Shown: positions 1 through 11,279 of the stretch, in pieces
How the letters are laid out: each line of letters opens with the position of its first letter
Position numbering within the stretch: the first letter of the stretch is position 1
NCBI GenBank assembly: GCA_963555755.3
Contig: OY820905.2
Location: 1,120,001 to 1,184,000 of the forward strand
DNA from: Nitrospirales bacterium
Lineage (GTDB): Bacteria; Nitrospirota; Nitrospiria; Nitrospirales; UBA8639
Direction: 5' to 3'
Length of the DNA stretch: 64,000 bases
Program-made: the position numbers and the translations under genes
Notes under the pieces: model-generated
Seen by the model: the letters and a program-made list of their open reading frames with translations, nothing else
Databases searched by the model: none
What the model was told of the DNA's origin: nothing

Positions 1-41
1 ATTGGCAATTTTCCAAACACCTTTGAAAAATCAAAAGATTA

Positions 42-220
42 GGACCTGAGAGCAAATACCTCGGACAATATCGCGCCAAGATTTGGGGCACATTTGGACG
101 GAACGATTGAGAAAAACCCGAGGCCTAGCACAGCTATGGTGAGGGTTTTTCGATTGAGGCCCGTTCAAAGGTGGCCCGAAGATTGGATGCGAGATGTCCA
201 AGTTATTTTCTCTCAGGTCC
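42..220. mobile_element. MITE-like repeat family A, copy 1
   Basis: TIRs GGACCTGAGAG...CTCTCAGGTCC, TTA on both sides; near-identical copies at 12625 and 14064. Confidence 0.85.
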
Positions 221-294
221 TTAGAGTACGAAGGGTCATTCTATGCCTTCGGAAAAAGGCAGGTCAAGGACGCAACATCATGAAATATAAAGGG

Positions 295-2198
295 CAGGGC
301 TATTTCATATTAAAGTGTAACTTTATAGATAATAAGGAATAATCGATTTAGGCTGGCTTTTTCTTTTCGTTTACGGCATACTCTTTTGCATGCCAGACGA
401 ATCGCCAAGCGGACAGCCGGACATTGATCTGAGGCAAGTCGTGGTTCGCCCAATTGTCCGAGACGAAAAGGACGCCTTCAAGACCCTTCTCGACAGACAC
501 CACTACCTCGGTCATGCCCCGCTGATTGGCCAATCGATACAATATCTCGCCTGTGTGCAGGATCGCTGGCTGGCCTTGCTGGTGTTTGCGGCGGCGGCCC
601 TCAAATCGAGACCGCGAGACCACTGGATCGGCTGGCCCCCCTGTTTTCAATGGCAACGACTCCATTTACTGGCCAACAACACCTGGTTTCTCATGCTGCC
701 GGGCTGTTCGCAAAAGAACCTCGCCTCGAAAGTCCTGTCGCTCTGCGCGAAACGGATCTCGGCCGATTGGCAACTGTACCACGGCTACCCCTTGCTCCTC
801 TTAGAGACCTTCGTCGATCCTGCCCGCTTCACCGGGACCTGCTATCGGGCCGCCGGGTGGCACGAGCTCGGTCTGACACGAGGGTTTCGCAAGTCGAACA
901 CGTGTTATGTTCAGCATGAGAGACCGAAGCGCATCCTAGTCGTGCGGCTGCATCCCCAAGCCCGAGAGATCCTTGCACGCCCGATGCTTGATCAGCCCTA
1001 TCAGAAAGGAGAAGCGCCTCAGATGAGATTGAATACAAAACAGACGGACTCCCTCTTTACGTATGTGGTGCAGCTGACCGATCCCCGCCATTTGCAAGGG
1101 CAACGGCACACCCGACGCGCCCTCACGGCGATCATGTTCTGTGCCACCTTGTGCGGCGCGCGCGGCTATGAAGCGATCTCGGACTGGGCCCAGCAGTTAT
1201 CGCAGCCGATGCGCAAGCGGCTAGGCTGTACTCAGCGAGGGGGGCGCTACCTCGTCCCGAGCCGCAGCACTCTTTACCGCTTTATCACGGCCGTCGACCC
1301 CTGTGAAGTCGATACCCTGCTCGGCCGGTGGCTGGACACCTTCGGCGGGGAGGATCAGGGCATTGCCATTGATGGGAAGACCATGCGGGGGACGTCGAAG
1401 GTCCCAAGCGAACAGACCCACGTCCTCAGCGCCGTCACCCATCAAGCCGGGCGCCACCTCACCCAAAAAAAGTTCACTCCAAGACCAATGAGATCCCCTG
1501 CGTGCGGCCCCTGTTAGATGCGCTCGAGATCGCAGGGAAGGTGATCACGGCGGATGCGCTCCTCACCCAGAAAGAGATTGCCGAGTACCTGGTGCACGAA
1601 CGCGGCGCCGACTTCGTCTTCACCGTCAAGGGAAACCAGCCCACCTTGAAGCACGACATTGAGGCCTTAGCGTTGCGAGCACGCCGGTGCGATTATGCCA
1701 CCACCGAGAAAGGCCATGGGCAGATCACGACCCGCAGGATCTGGTGCGATGACTCCCTGAATGCCTATGTCAACTTTCCTCATGTCCAGCAAGTCTTCTG
1801 CATTGAGAGGGAAGTGACGCATCTCAAGCAGGGCCTCACGACCGTCGAAGCGGTCTGCGGTGTCACGAGTCAGTCCAAAGACAAGGCGGGGCCGAAGACC
1901 ATCCTCTCGCAAAACCGAAAGCATTGGAGTGTGGAGAATAAGCAGCATTATGTGTTGGACGTCACCTTTGATGAAGACAGGAGTCAGATACGAAGTCTCA
2001 ATGGCCCAATGGTCATGACCTGTCTGAGACGCTATGCCATCAGTCTCTTACGCCTGAAAGGCTACACCAATATCGCGCAGGCGTGTAGACTGCTCTGGGG
2101 CAAGCCCCATTTAGCCATCCGCATGGCCCTGCCCTGAAAAAGAGCGCACAAAAAACCTCATGGAATCCCTTGCTTATAAAAAGAATGAAATGGCCCTG
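295..2198 (+). mobile_element. ISAs1-family insertion sequence, copy 1 (1904 bp)
   Basis: TIRs CAGGGCTATTTCAT / ATGAAATGGCCCTG; 10-bp TSD ATATAAAGGG (285-294, 2199-2208). Confidence 0.95.
390..2137 (+). CDS. DUF4338-domain + ISAs1 DDE transposase, joined by a -1 frameshift at A_AAA_AAG (1466-1472)
   Basis: ORF1 has HHYLG, NLASKVLS, ETFVDPARFTGTCYRAAGW then DPR and IAIDGKT; the -1 frame gives KTNEIP, ITADAL, VKGNQP, RKHWSVEN, LDVTFDED. Confidence 0.88.
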
Positions 2199-2208
2199 AT
2201 ATAAAGGG

Positions 2209-4112
2209 CAGGGCTATTTCATATTAAAGTGTAACTTTATAGATAATAAGGAATAATCGATTTAGGCTGGCTTTTTCTTTTCGTTTACGGCATACTCTTT
2301 TGCATGCCAGACGAATCGCCAAGCGGACAGCCGGACATTGATCTGAGGCAAGTCGTGGTTCGCCCAATTGTCCGAGACGAAAAGGACGCCTTCAAGACCC
2401 TTCTCGACAGACACCACTACCTCGGTCATGCCCCGCTGATTGGCCAATCGATACAATATCTCGCCTGTGTGCAGGATCGCTGGCTGGCCTTGCTGGTGTT
2501 TGCGGCGGCGGCCCTCAAATCGAGACCGCGAGACCACTGGATCGGCTGGCCCCCCTGTTTTCAATGGCAACGACTCCATTTACTGGCCAACAACACCCGG
2601 TTTCTCATGCTGCCGGGCTGTTCGCAAAAGAACCTCGCCTCGAAAGTCCTGTCGCTCTGCGCGAAACGGATCTCGGCCGATTGGCAACTGTACCACGGCT
2701 ACCCCTTGCTCCTCTTAGAGACCTTCGTCGATCCTGCCCGCTTCACCGGGACCTGCTATCGGGCCGCCGGGTGGCACGAGCTCGGTCTGACACGAGGGTT
2801 TCGCAAGTCGAACACGTGTTATGTTCAGCATGAGAGACCGAAGCGCATCCTAGTCGTGCGGCTGCATCCCCAAGCCCGAGAGATCCTTGCACGCCCGATG
2901 CTTGATCAGCCCTATCAGAAAGGAGAAGCGCCTCAGATGAGATTGAATACAAAACAGACGGACTCCCTCTTTACGTATGTGGTGCAGCTGACCGATCCCC
3001 GCCATTTGCAAGGGCAACGGCACACCCGACGCGCCCTCACGGCGATCATGTTCTGTGCCACCTTGTGCGGCGCGCGCGGCTATGAAGCGATCTCGGACTG
3101 GGCCCAGCAGTTATCGCAGCCGATGCGCAAGCGGCTAGGCTGTACTCAGCGAGGGGGGCGCTACCTCGTCCCGAGCCGCAGCACTCTTTACCGCTTTATC
3201 ACGGCCGTCGACCCCTGTGAAGTCGATACCCTGCTCGGCCGGTGGCTGGACACCTTCGGCGGGGAGGATCAGGGCATTGCCATTGATGGGAAGACCATGC
3301 GGGGGACGTCGAAGGTCCCAAGCGAACAGACCCACGTCCTCAGCGCCGTCACCCATCAAGCCGGGCGCCACCTCACCCAAAAAAAGTTCACTCCAAGACC
3401 AATGAGATCCCCTGCGTGCGGCCCCTGTTAGATGCGCTCGAGATCGCAGGGAAGGTGATCACGGCGGATGCGCTCCTCACCCAGAAAGAGATTGCCGAGT
3501 ACCTGGTGCACGAACGCGGCGCCGACTTCGTCTTCACCGTCAAGGGAAACCAGCCCACCTTGAAGCACGACATTGAGGCCTTAGCGTTGCGAGCACGCCG
3601 GTGCGATTATGCCACCACCGAGAAAGGCCATGGGCAGATCACGACCCGCAGGATCTGGTGCGATGACTCCCTGAATGCCTATGTCAACTTTCCTCATGTC
3701 CAGCAAGTCTTCTGCATTGAGAGGGAAGTGACGCATCTCAAGCAGGGCCTCACGACCGTCGAAGCGGTCTGCGGTGTCACGAGTCAGTCCAAAGACAAGG
3801 CGGGGCCGAAGACCATCCTCTCGCAAAACCGAAAGCATTGGAGTGTGGAGAATAAGCAGCATTATGTGTTGGACGTCACCTTTGATGAAGACAGGAGTCA
3901 GATACGAAGTCTCAATGGCCCAATGGTCATGACCTGTCTGAGACGCTATGCCATCAGTCTCTTACGCCTGAAAGGCTACACCAATATCGCGCAGGCGTGT
4001 AGACTGCTCTGGGGCAAGCCCCATTTAGCCATCCGCATGGCCCTGCCCTGAAAAAGAGGGCACAAAAAACCTCATGGAATCCCTTGCTTATAAAAAGAAT
4101 GAAATGGCCCTG
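2209..4112 (+). mobile_element. ISAs1-family insertion sequence, copy 2 (tandem with copy 1)
   Basis: Same TIRs and length; flanked by GATATAAAGGG (2198-2208, 4113-4123); differs from copy 1 at two positions I could see. Confidence 0.93.
2304..4051 (+). CDS. DUF4338 + ISAs1 transposase (frameshifted), copy 2
   Basis: Same as copy 1 except NNTRFL instead of NNTWFL. Confidence 0.88.
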
Positions 4113-4131
4113 GATATAAAGGGTTACTGTA

Positions 4132-4160
4132 TTGACAGCAGGACCCCTCCTTAGTATTAT
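4132..4160 (+). promoter_or_regulatory. sigma70-like promoter
   Basis: TTGACA-17 bp-TATTAT upstream of the 4444 gene. Confidence 0.6.
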
Positions 4161-4275
4161 GAAGTTTTGTACTCGGAATTAGGGCTCAAAGCTAATCCCG
4201 CCAGAATTTCGCAAGACATCATCAAATTGAAACAAACTCAAGTAAACAACGTATTGACCCGACAGATGTGCCTAA

Positions 4276-4432
4276 GGGCTCGCGCAAAAATAACTTCCCA
4301 TGTTTGGGCGTCGATCCATCCAGTCTGGCAGCGTTGCTCGTCCTTTCCATACGAGGAGTATGCGCAATCCTCGCGCCTTGCCAGACAGGCATCTCAGCGC
4401 TCAAACATGGGAAGTTATTCTTGCGCGAACCC
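4276..4432. mobile_element. MITE-like repeat family B, copy 1
   Basis: ~30-bp TIRs GGG(C/T)TCGCGCAA(A/G)AATAACTTCCC; TAA duplicated on both sides. Confidence 0.85.
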
Positions 4433-4443
4433 TAAGGAGTATA

Positions 4444-4953
4444 ATGATGAAGACGTCTACCCAGAAATTTGACCGAAATTGGCTTGCCTATCTCATGGAT
4501 TCTCTGGTGAATTCTGGTGCCATGCCGAGTTGGGAAGCCACAGACTACTTGACGTCGAATCTTATTGGCGAAGCGCCAAACACCCAACTCCATGAATCCA
4601 AGTCACCCTATGAAACAATCCAACAATTTCTACACCGTGTCTATGGACCAATCGTCGAAGCCGCGTCCCGTTCAGTCTATCTCCCCCAAGAATCCATGAT
4701 CCACATGTTCACCGATATCAGTGTGATGGGAAACTCGGCCGTCTTAGTCGTCTACTTTCCCGGACACAATAAACCTCACCAACTCCTGCTCCTCGATGGC
4801 GTCAAAGCCTGGGATCTGATGTTTCAAGACACTGAAGCATTCAACACCTGGGCCCAGGAACGATACACCTGGATCACCGATGCCTTAAAAGCCGTCAGCA
4901 TCGACTCCATGTTCCAGGAACCCGCCGAAGTGTCCATGGCCTTAAGTTCCTAA
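4444..4953 (+). CDS. hypothetical protein
   Basis: ATG preceded by TAAGGAG; the longer upstream ORF start is MITE sequence. Confidence 0.7.
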   Translation: MMKTSTQKFDRNWLAYLMDSLVNSGAMPSWEATDYLTSNLIGEAPNTQLHESKSPYETIQQFLHRVYGPIVEAASRSVYLPQESMIHMFTDISVMGNSAVLVVYFPGHNKPHQLLLLDGVKAWDLMFQDTEAFNTWAQERYTWITDALKAVSIDSMFQEPAEVSMALSS

Positions 4954-5030
4954 AAACGCCCTGGATTAATCCGACCTCCCCTGAAAAAAAATTTCCAGGG
5001 AAAACTATTCCTGCTTTGGCCTGACGATTA

Positions 5031-8000
5031 TTACAACAAATTGGGCGAAAGCCATCGCTCGACGGTGGAGACATCCATCTGCTTTCGAGTGGCATAGTCT
5101 TTCACTTGATCTTGATCGATCTTGCCAACCGAAAAGTATTTGGCTTGGGGGTGGGCAAAGTATAGGCCGCTGACAGATGCTGCGGGGAACATGGCGAAGG
5201 ATTCGGTGAGTTGAATTCCTGTGGATTTTTCTGCATTGAGAAGGTCAAACAACAATCCTTTTTCAGTATGGTCCGGACAGGCTGGATAGCCTGGGGCTGG
5301 ACGAATTCCGCGATAGCGCTCTTTGATTAAATCTTCATTTGAAAGGGTCTCTTCTTTTCCAAAACCCCATTCTTTTCGCGCTTCTCGGTGCAGCCATTCA
5401 GCAAAGGCTTCGGCTAGACGATCAGCAAGCGCTTTGGCCATAATCGAATTATAATCATCATGGTCTTTTTCGAATCGCTCACACAGCGCGTTGGTGCCAA
5501 TCCCTGCCGTTACCGCAAACCCGCCAATATAGTCCGGCAACCCCGTTGATTTCGGAGCAATGAAATCAGCTAAGGCATAGTTGGCATCACCTTTAGGTTT
5601 TTCCAATTGCTGGCGGAGGGTGTGAAAGGTCGTGAGCACTTCCGAACGCGACTCGTCCTTATACACTTCAATATCGTCTTCCACACTGTTTGCCGGAAAT
5701 ATTCCATAGACGGCTTTGGCCGTGAGTATCTTTTTCTCGATGATTTCTTTCAGTAAGCCTTGAGCATCGTCAAACAATTCTTTCGCCTTGCTCCCAAGGG
5801 TGGGATCGTCGAAAATCTTTGGGTACCGCCCCTTCAGCTCCCACGTATAAAAAAATGGCGACCAATCGATGAGCGGCACCAAATCTTCTAATGGCTGGCT
5901 CTCAATCACCCGCGTTCCTAGAAAACTCGGTTTGGCGATATCTGAGGCTTTCCAATCAATCGCCGTTCGTCGCTTGCGAGCCTCCTGCAAGGGCAACAGT
6001 TTTTTCCTGGTCTTCTTGCTTTCGTAGGCTTCGCGGGATGCGGCTTGTTGCTGTTGAACTTTTTCGACAAACCCGGGCTTTGCTTCTTCGCTCAACAATT
6101 GTCGGACGACATTGACAGCCAGAGAAGCATCCAACACATGCACGACCGGCTCTTTGTAGCCTGGCGCAATTTTGACTGCCGTATGTGCTTTGCTTGTCGT
6201 CGCTCCTCCGATGAGCAGCGGGATATCAAACCCTTCCCGAGCCATCTCTTTGGCGTTATGTACCATCTCATCTAATGATGGTGTGATGAGTCCACTCAAG
6301 CCGATCATATCGACTTTTTCTTCCTTGGCCCTCTGTAAAATCTTATCGCAAGGGACCATGACCCCAAGGTCAATAATTTCGTAGTTGTTACACCCCAAGA
6401 CAACTCCAACAATATTTTTTCCGATGTCGTGCACATCGCCTTTGACCGTCGCCATCAGGATTTTTCCTTGCCTACTGCTACCAGTTTTTTCTTTCTCAGC
6501 ATCCATATACGGAAGCAAGTAGGCCACGGCTTTCTTCATCACACGCGCACTCTTCACGACTTGGGGCAAAAACATTTTTCCGGCACCAAAGAGTTCGCCG
6601 ACTACATTCATTCCCGCCATCAACGGTCCTTCAATAACTTTCAGGGGCCGATCATATTGGTGCCGTGCTTCTTCTACATCTTCATCAATGTATTCCACAA
6701 TGCCTTTCACCAAGGCATGGGACAAACGCTCCTGCACCGTGTCTTTCCGCCAGGCATCATCTTTAACGACCACTTTCCCTTTTTGTGTCACGGTTTCCGC
6801 AAAGTTGACCAATCGCTCGGTGGCATCTGACCGACGGTTCAACAATACGTCTTCCACGAGCTCTAGCAGATCTTTCGGAATTTCTTCGTACACTCCCAAT
6901 TGACCGGCATTGACAATCGCCATATCCAAACCAGCCTGAATCGCGTGATACAAAAAAGCCGAATGCATGGCTTCTCTCACCACGTTATTGCCACGGAAGG
7001 AAAAGGAAATATTGCTCAGGCCTCCACTGACCTTGCAGTGAGGTAATGTGGCTTTAATCTGCCGGGTGGCATCAATAAAGTCGACGGCATAATTATTATG
7101 CTCTTCCATCCCGGTGGCCACTGTCAGAATATTTGGATCGAAAATAATATCTTGTGGAGGCAGCCCAACTTCTTCAGTTAGGATGTTATACGCTCTCGTA
7201 CAAATTTCGACCTTGCGTTCGGCCGTATCGGCCTGCCCGGTTTCATCGAAGGCCATGACGACAACAGCCGCACCATACCGTTTGATCAAGCTTGCGTGTT
7301 CTTTAAACTTCTCTTCGCCTTCCTTGAGGCTGATGGAATTCACCACACCCTTGCCTTGAACGCATTGCAACCCGGCTTCGATCACTGACCACTTCGAACT
7401 ATCAACCATAAGGGGCACACGACAAATATCTGGTTCCGAGGCAATGAGATTCAAAAAATGCACCATGGCTTTTTCCGAATCCAGCATGCCCTCGTCCATA
7501 TTGACATCGATAATCTGCGCACCGCCTTCAACTTGCTGGCGGGCGACTGAAAGGGCTTCCTCAAACTGGCCATTCAGAATCAATTTTGAAAATTTTGGTG
7601 AGCCCGTGACATTGGTTCGTTCACCAATATTGATAAAGTTCAATTCGGGCCGAATGACCAAGGGCTCCAACCCACTCAATCGCGTGGCTGGGATAGTTGG
7701 CACGACACCGTGTGGAGGAACATCACGGACAGCCTGAGCAATGGCATGAATGTGATCCGGGGTGCTTCCGCAGCATCCACCGACAATGTTCAACCAGCCA
7801 TTGGTAGCAAAATCACGAAGATCCTCACCCATGCGCTCGGGCGTTTCATCAAAACCCCCAAAGGCATTAGGCAGGCCGGCGTTGGGATAGCAACTAATAT
7901 AGGTCGGCGCGAGTTTCGACAGTTCCTCAATATAGGGCCGCATTTGCTTCGCACCCAAAGCGCAGTTAATCCCGACGCTAAAGGGATGCGCATCCGCAAT

Positions 8001-8711
8001 GGAATTCCAAAACGCCTCAATGGTTTGACCAGAAAGGGTTCGCCCGCTTAGATCGGTAATCGTGACCGACGCCATCATCGCAATGTCCACGCCATGCTCT
8101 TGACGATATTGATCAATCGCAAAAAATGCGGCCTTGGAATTGAGTGTATCGAAGATTGTTTCAACCAGCAGGAGATCGACTCCCCCATCCATGAGTCCTC
8201 GGACTTGCTCATAATAGGCTTCACGTAATTGATCAAAGGTGACGCCACGAAACGCGGGATTATTCACATCGGGAGACAGACAGGCTGTACGATTGGTGGG
8301 CCCGATGGCACCAGCCACAAATTTTGGCCGTGAGGGGTCTTTGGCCATCACCATCTCCACGGCTTTCCGAGCGGCTTTCGCACCAGCCAAATTGAGATCA
8401 TAAGCCAGGTGTTCCATTTTGTAATCAGCCATGGAAATGGAATTGGAGTTGAACGTATTCGTTTCGATCAGGTCCGCCCCCGCTTCCAGGTATTCTTGAT
8501 GGATCGAGGAAATGAGATCGGGCTTGGTCAGCACCAGCAAGTCATTATTGCCTTTGACATCACAAGAATGATTCGCAAACTGGGTTCCCCGAAAGTCCGC
8601 TTCTTCCAATTTATGCTGTTGGATCATCGTACCCATCGCGCCATCGAGCACAACAATCCGCTGTTTCATTAATTCTTGTAATTGACCAATTCGATCAGAT
8701 GAATGTTTCAC
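5031..8711 (-). CDS. metH: cobalamin-dependent methionine synthase
   Basis: [23 protein letters not shown]12-binding [21 protein letters not shown]; 1226 aa. Confidence 0.98.
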   Translation of the reverse strand: MKHSSDRIGQLQELMKQRIVVLDGAMGTMIQQHKLEEADFRGTQFANHSCDVKGNNDLLVLTKPDLISSIHQEYLEAGADLIETNTFNSNSISMADYKMEHLAYDLNLAGAKAARKAVEMVMAKDPSRPKFVAGAIGPTNRTACLSPDVNNPAFRGVTFDQLREAYYEQVRGLMDGGVDLLLVETIFDTLNSKAAFFAIDQYRQEHGVDIAMMASVTITDLSGRTLSGQTIEAFWNSIADAHPFSVGINCALGAKQMRPYIEELSKLAPTYISCYPNAGLPNAFGGFDETPERMGEDLRDFATNGWLNIVGGCCGSTPDHIHAIAQAVRDVPPHGVVPTIPATRLSGLEPLVIRPELNFINIGERTNVTGSPKFSKLILNGQFEEALSVARQQVEGGAQIIDVNMDEGMLDSEKAMVHFLNLIASEPDICRVPLMVDSSKWSVIEAGLQCVQGKGVVNSISLKEGEEKFKEHASLIKRYGAAVVVMAFDETGQADTAERKVEICTRAYNILTEEVGLPPQDIIFDPNILTVATGMEEHNNYAVDFIDATRQIKATLPHCKVSGGLSNISFSFRGNNVVREAMHSAFLYHAIQAGLDMAIVNAGQLGVYEEIPKDLLELVEDVLLNRRSDATERLVNFAETVTQKGKVVVKDDAWRKDTVQERLSHALVKGIVEYIDEDVEEARHQYDRPLKVIEGPLMAGMNVVGELFGAGKMFLPQVVKSARVMKKAVAYLLPYMDAEKEKTGSSRQGKILMATVKGDVHDIGKNIVGVVLGCNNYEIIDLGVMVPCDKILQRAKEEKVDMIGLSGLITPSLDEMVHNAKEMAREGFDIPLLIGGATTSKAHTAVKIAPGYKEPVVHVLDASLAVNVVRQLLSEEAKPGFVEKVQQQQAASREAYESKKTRKKLLPLQEARKRRTAIDWKASDIAKPSFLGTRVIESQPLEDLVPLIDWSPFFYTWELKGRYPKIFDDPTLGSKAKELFDDAQGLLKEIIEKKILTAKAVYGIFPANSVEDDIEVYKDESRSEVLTTFHTLRQQLEKPKGDANYALADFIAPKSTGLPDYIGGFAVTAGIGTNALCERFEKDHDDYNSIMAKALADRLAEAFAEWLHREARKEWGFGKEETLSNEDLIKERYRGIRPAPGYPACPDHTEKGLLFDLLNAEKSTGIQLTESFAMFPAASVSGLYFAHPQAKYFSVGKIDQDQVKDYATRKQMDVSTVERWLSPNLL

Positions 8712-8976
8712 GTATTCCTCTTTCTCTACCCATCAACCCTGAAACCTACCCGGTTTCCAAACATCGCACGTTTCCCGACAAAGACAACAACGTCTTCTTG
8801 AAACATTTTAAATTGTGACATGGATGAGTGATTATACCTACTAGCAAGATTAGGGTCAAAAACAACGCTCGAAAAATTAGTTAGGATTTACACACGCTCA
8901 CATCGGCCTTTTTCTTGACGCCCTTTAAGTTGAGGGAATAGGATAAAAAAAGTAGCGTGAGTTTTCATCTTTATCT

Positions 8977-9762
8977 ATGCAAACGTTTCACCCCAAATCA
9001 CACCAAGCTTTCTGGCTACTTTTAGTCGGGCTGATCTTTCTCCCATCCCTTTCCCACGTCCAAGCCAAACCATATTTTGAAGATGGCTATCTGGGGCTGA
9101 CCAAGGCAGAATTGCACGAAACACTCGGCACGCCTCATGCCATCCGTTCCAGAAAAGCCGCCTTGCGTGTGTTCAGTTATTACTCGGCCAAAGATTGGGA
9201 TAAATATTTTCGTAAATTGGTATCGCCGGAATATGGCGAAGATGTCTATACCTACACGCGTGATGACATTCAGGTGCGATATGCTTTTGTCTATACTCCG
9301 GATCTTCGAGAGAATACAGACTTTCCCACCCTCTATATCAAACGCGTTGAAGTCGAATTTACTCCTGCGGTGCCGATCAAAGCCATTCCAAAATTAGTCC
9401 CAGAATTTTCGCCCCCTACGCTGCCCCACACTCCCGTGTTTCGATCGAATCTTTGGGTCCTCATTTTCCCAGGGTCACCGTCTCAGGATGCACTCTTGGT
9501 GGTGACGGAATACAATAAAGAAAAATGGGATTGGTCCCTCGCGTACCAACTTTTTTCCCTGAATGGCATTCCGGACTATATCACGAGCCAGTCGTTAATT
9601 GATCGATTAGAATTCACGGTTCAAAGCCTTCCCCTAATACAGAAGACGCGGCACCATACCCACGAACCCCTTTTGAATCCTTATTCCGTTGAATTTGCCC
9701 AACGCCCTCCCGAGCCGCCAAAGAAGAAAAAGTCCATTCCTGTTCCGGAGTATGCCGATTAA
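8977..9762 (+). CDS. exported hypothetical protein
   Basis: 261-aa ORF with signal peptide ending VQA. Confidence 0.75.
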   Translation: MQTFHPKSHQAFWLLLVGLIFLPSLSHVQAKPYFEDGYLGLTKAELHETLGTPHAIRSRKAALRVFSYYSAKDWDKYFRKLVSPEYGEDVYTYTRDDIQVRYAFVYTPDLRENTDFPTLYIKRVEVEFTPAVPIKAIPKLVPEFSPPTLPHTPVFRSNLWVLIFPGSPSQDALLVVTEYNKEKWDWSLAYQLFSLNGIPDYITSQSLIDRLEFTVQSLPLIQKTRHHTHEPLLNPYSVEFAQRPPEPPKKKKSIPVPEYAD

Positions 9763-9878
9763 GAAAATCGTCGTTCGTATCTCGTCAAACGCATTTCGTC
9801 AATCAGGAAAAAATGCCGTGTAATGAAATACCCAGAACAAGCGACGATTCATGTGTTATCTTGACACGATCTGCTCAA

Positions 9879-10280
9879 TCACTCCACAAATTTGAGATCA
9901 CTGACATCAGAAAGAAGAAGATGGGATTCTCCCCACTGATTCGGACTATCAAGAGACCACTGTTCATCAACTGTCACGGGTTTGAGCCGAATCCCACAGA
10001 CCCCGCCGAACACGAGATACGCGAAACCCGCGCCTGAATCTTCCACGGACTGCGCGAGAGCGGAGCAAAGGGGCTCGCCTTCGTTGTCGGTCCAACCAAT
10101 CACATCACACCATTCCCCTCGGACCGAACGGTCATACAGCCTCACCTGAACTAGAGGTTTGGCGGGACCTTGCTCCTTAAAACGAAGAAACAGGGATCCT
10201 TCAAAATTTTGGCTGCTCTCAACCTCGACAAACACTATTCCTCCACATTGACGGCCTCTATTCCGCCCTGTTAAATTCAA
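9879..10280 (-). CDS. hypothetical protein
   Basis: 133-aa ORF filling the gap between neighbours; start uncertain. Confidence 0.6.
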   Translation of the reverse strand: MNLTGRNRGRQCGGIVFVEVESSQNFEGSLFLRFKEQGPAKPLVQVRLYDRSVRGEWCDVIGWTDNEGEPLCSALAQSVEDSGAGFAYLVFGGVCGIRLKPVTVDEQWSLDSPNQWGESHLLLSDVSDLKFVE

Positions 10281-10291
10281 TACTTATTCTC

Positions 10292-10729
10292 ATGGCACAA
10301 AACGACCCCCTCTCAGCGTCAGCGACCCAAGACACCAAACCGGCCATTGAATCCGAGGCAGAAGCTGGCTTGACACCAACTCCTCAGAATTCAACACTCC
10401 CTTTTCTCTGCCGTAAACCTGTCAGGATCACGCTATACTCCCTTTTGGGAGCCTTTGCGCTGTTTGTGATTCTCTGGGGGTTTTTGCCTGCATTCCTCGA
10501 CCCCACTTTCGAACAACATATTGAGGATAAAGAAGTTATTGCCGGAATGACGCGTGACCAGGCCATGAAGGCTTGGGGATCACCGTACCAAATGAATGTG
10601 ACGTATACCGACCGTGGCCTTCGGAGAGAAGAGTGGGTCTATGAAGATTGGATCGACGCAGGGTCGGTTCAGCACCGATACCTCTATTTCGAAGAAGGCA
10701 TTCTCGTCGGCGGGTGGGATTACAAATAA
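10292..10729 (+). CDS. single-pass membrane protein with SmpA/OmlA-like domain
   Basis: One TM helix followed by GMTRDQAMKAWGSP...EEWVY...YLYFEEG. Confidence 0.7.
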   Translation: MAQNDPLSASATQDTKPAIESEAEAGLTPTPQNSTLPFLCRKPVRITLYSLLGAFALFVILWGFLPAFLDPTFEQHIEDKEVIAGMTRDQAMKAWGSPYQMNVTYTDRGLRREEWVYEDWIDAGSVQHRYLYFEEGILVGGWDYK

Positions 10730-10818
10730 CCCCGACCCCGGCCAAATCCATCACACCCTCCTGACAGTTCGCTAATCTCTGACGGGCTTCTAGGGTCAAT
10801 TGAAACTGGTCACACTCA

Positions 10819-11109
10819 CTACGGCGTTTCTGTGATTTGTGCACGCCGCCCGCTTACGCCCCCGCCACTGATAATTAACACCCGTTTCCATTCCCGGATT
10901 TGATACACAGCCCAGGCATTGGATTCCCCTTTGAAATACGCATCAGGATCTTCACCCTTGGCGCTTAAATATGTGGGTTCAGTAAACCCCTCATCCAACA
11001 CATAATCCAGTAAATTATCCGTGGTGAGCCCTTCTCCCTTCAACGAGACGTCAACTAAAAAATTCAAAATTTGCGCGGGGTCAGCAAGATTGATCGGGGC
11101 CATTGCCAT
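10819..11109 (-). CDS. hypothetical protein
   Basis: 96-aa ORF with GAGGGAG ribosome-binding site. Confidence 0.7.
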   Translation of the reverse strand: MAMAPINLADPAQILNFLVDVSLKGEGLTTDNLLDYVLDEGFTEPTYLSAKGEDPDAYFKGESNAWAVYQIREWKRVLIISGGGVSGRRAQITETP

Positions 11110-11279
11110 ATTGATTCTCCCTCAAGTATGCTAAGATAGATGTAGACATTGTAGTTTCGAGATTTTGGAAAAGGCAAATTTTTCCCAATTAAGCCCAAGC
11201 AACAATATTCTGATAAAGTTGTACCCTCCCACACACTACACAACTGGACACACCTTATCACAGAACCTGAGGGACTTGT

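Noticed and set aside
94..342. ORFs derived from MITEs (also 4167, 13835, 14083, 35698, 48569, 51450, 56250, 62769)
   Set aside because: They are translations of non-coding palindromic repeats
348..665. Antisense and alternate-frame ORFs inside IS elements, metH, acs and the MFS gene
   Set aside because: Shadow ORFs with no recognisable motifs
8712..8976. Cobalamin or SAM riboswitch upstream of metH
   Set aside because: No recognisable aptamer consensus
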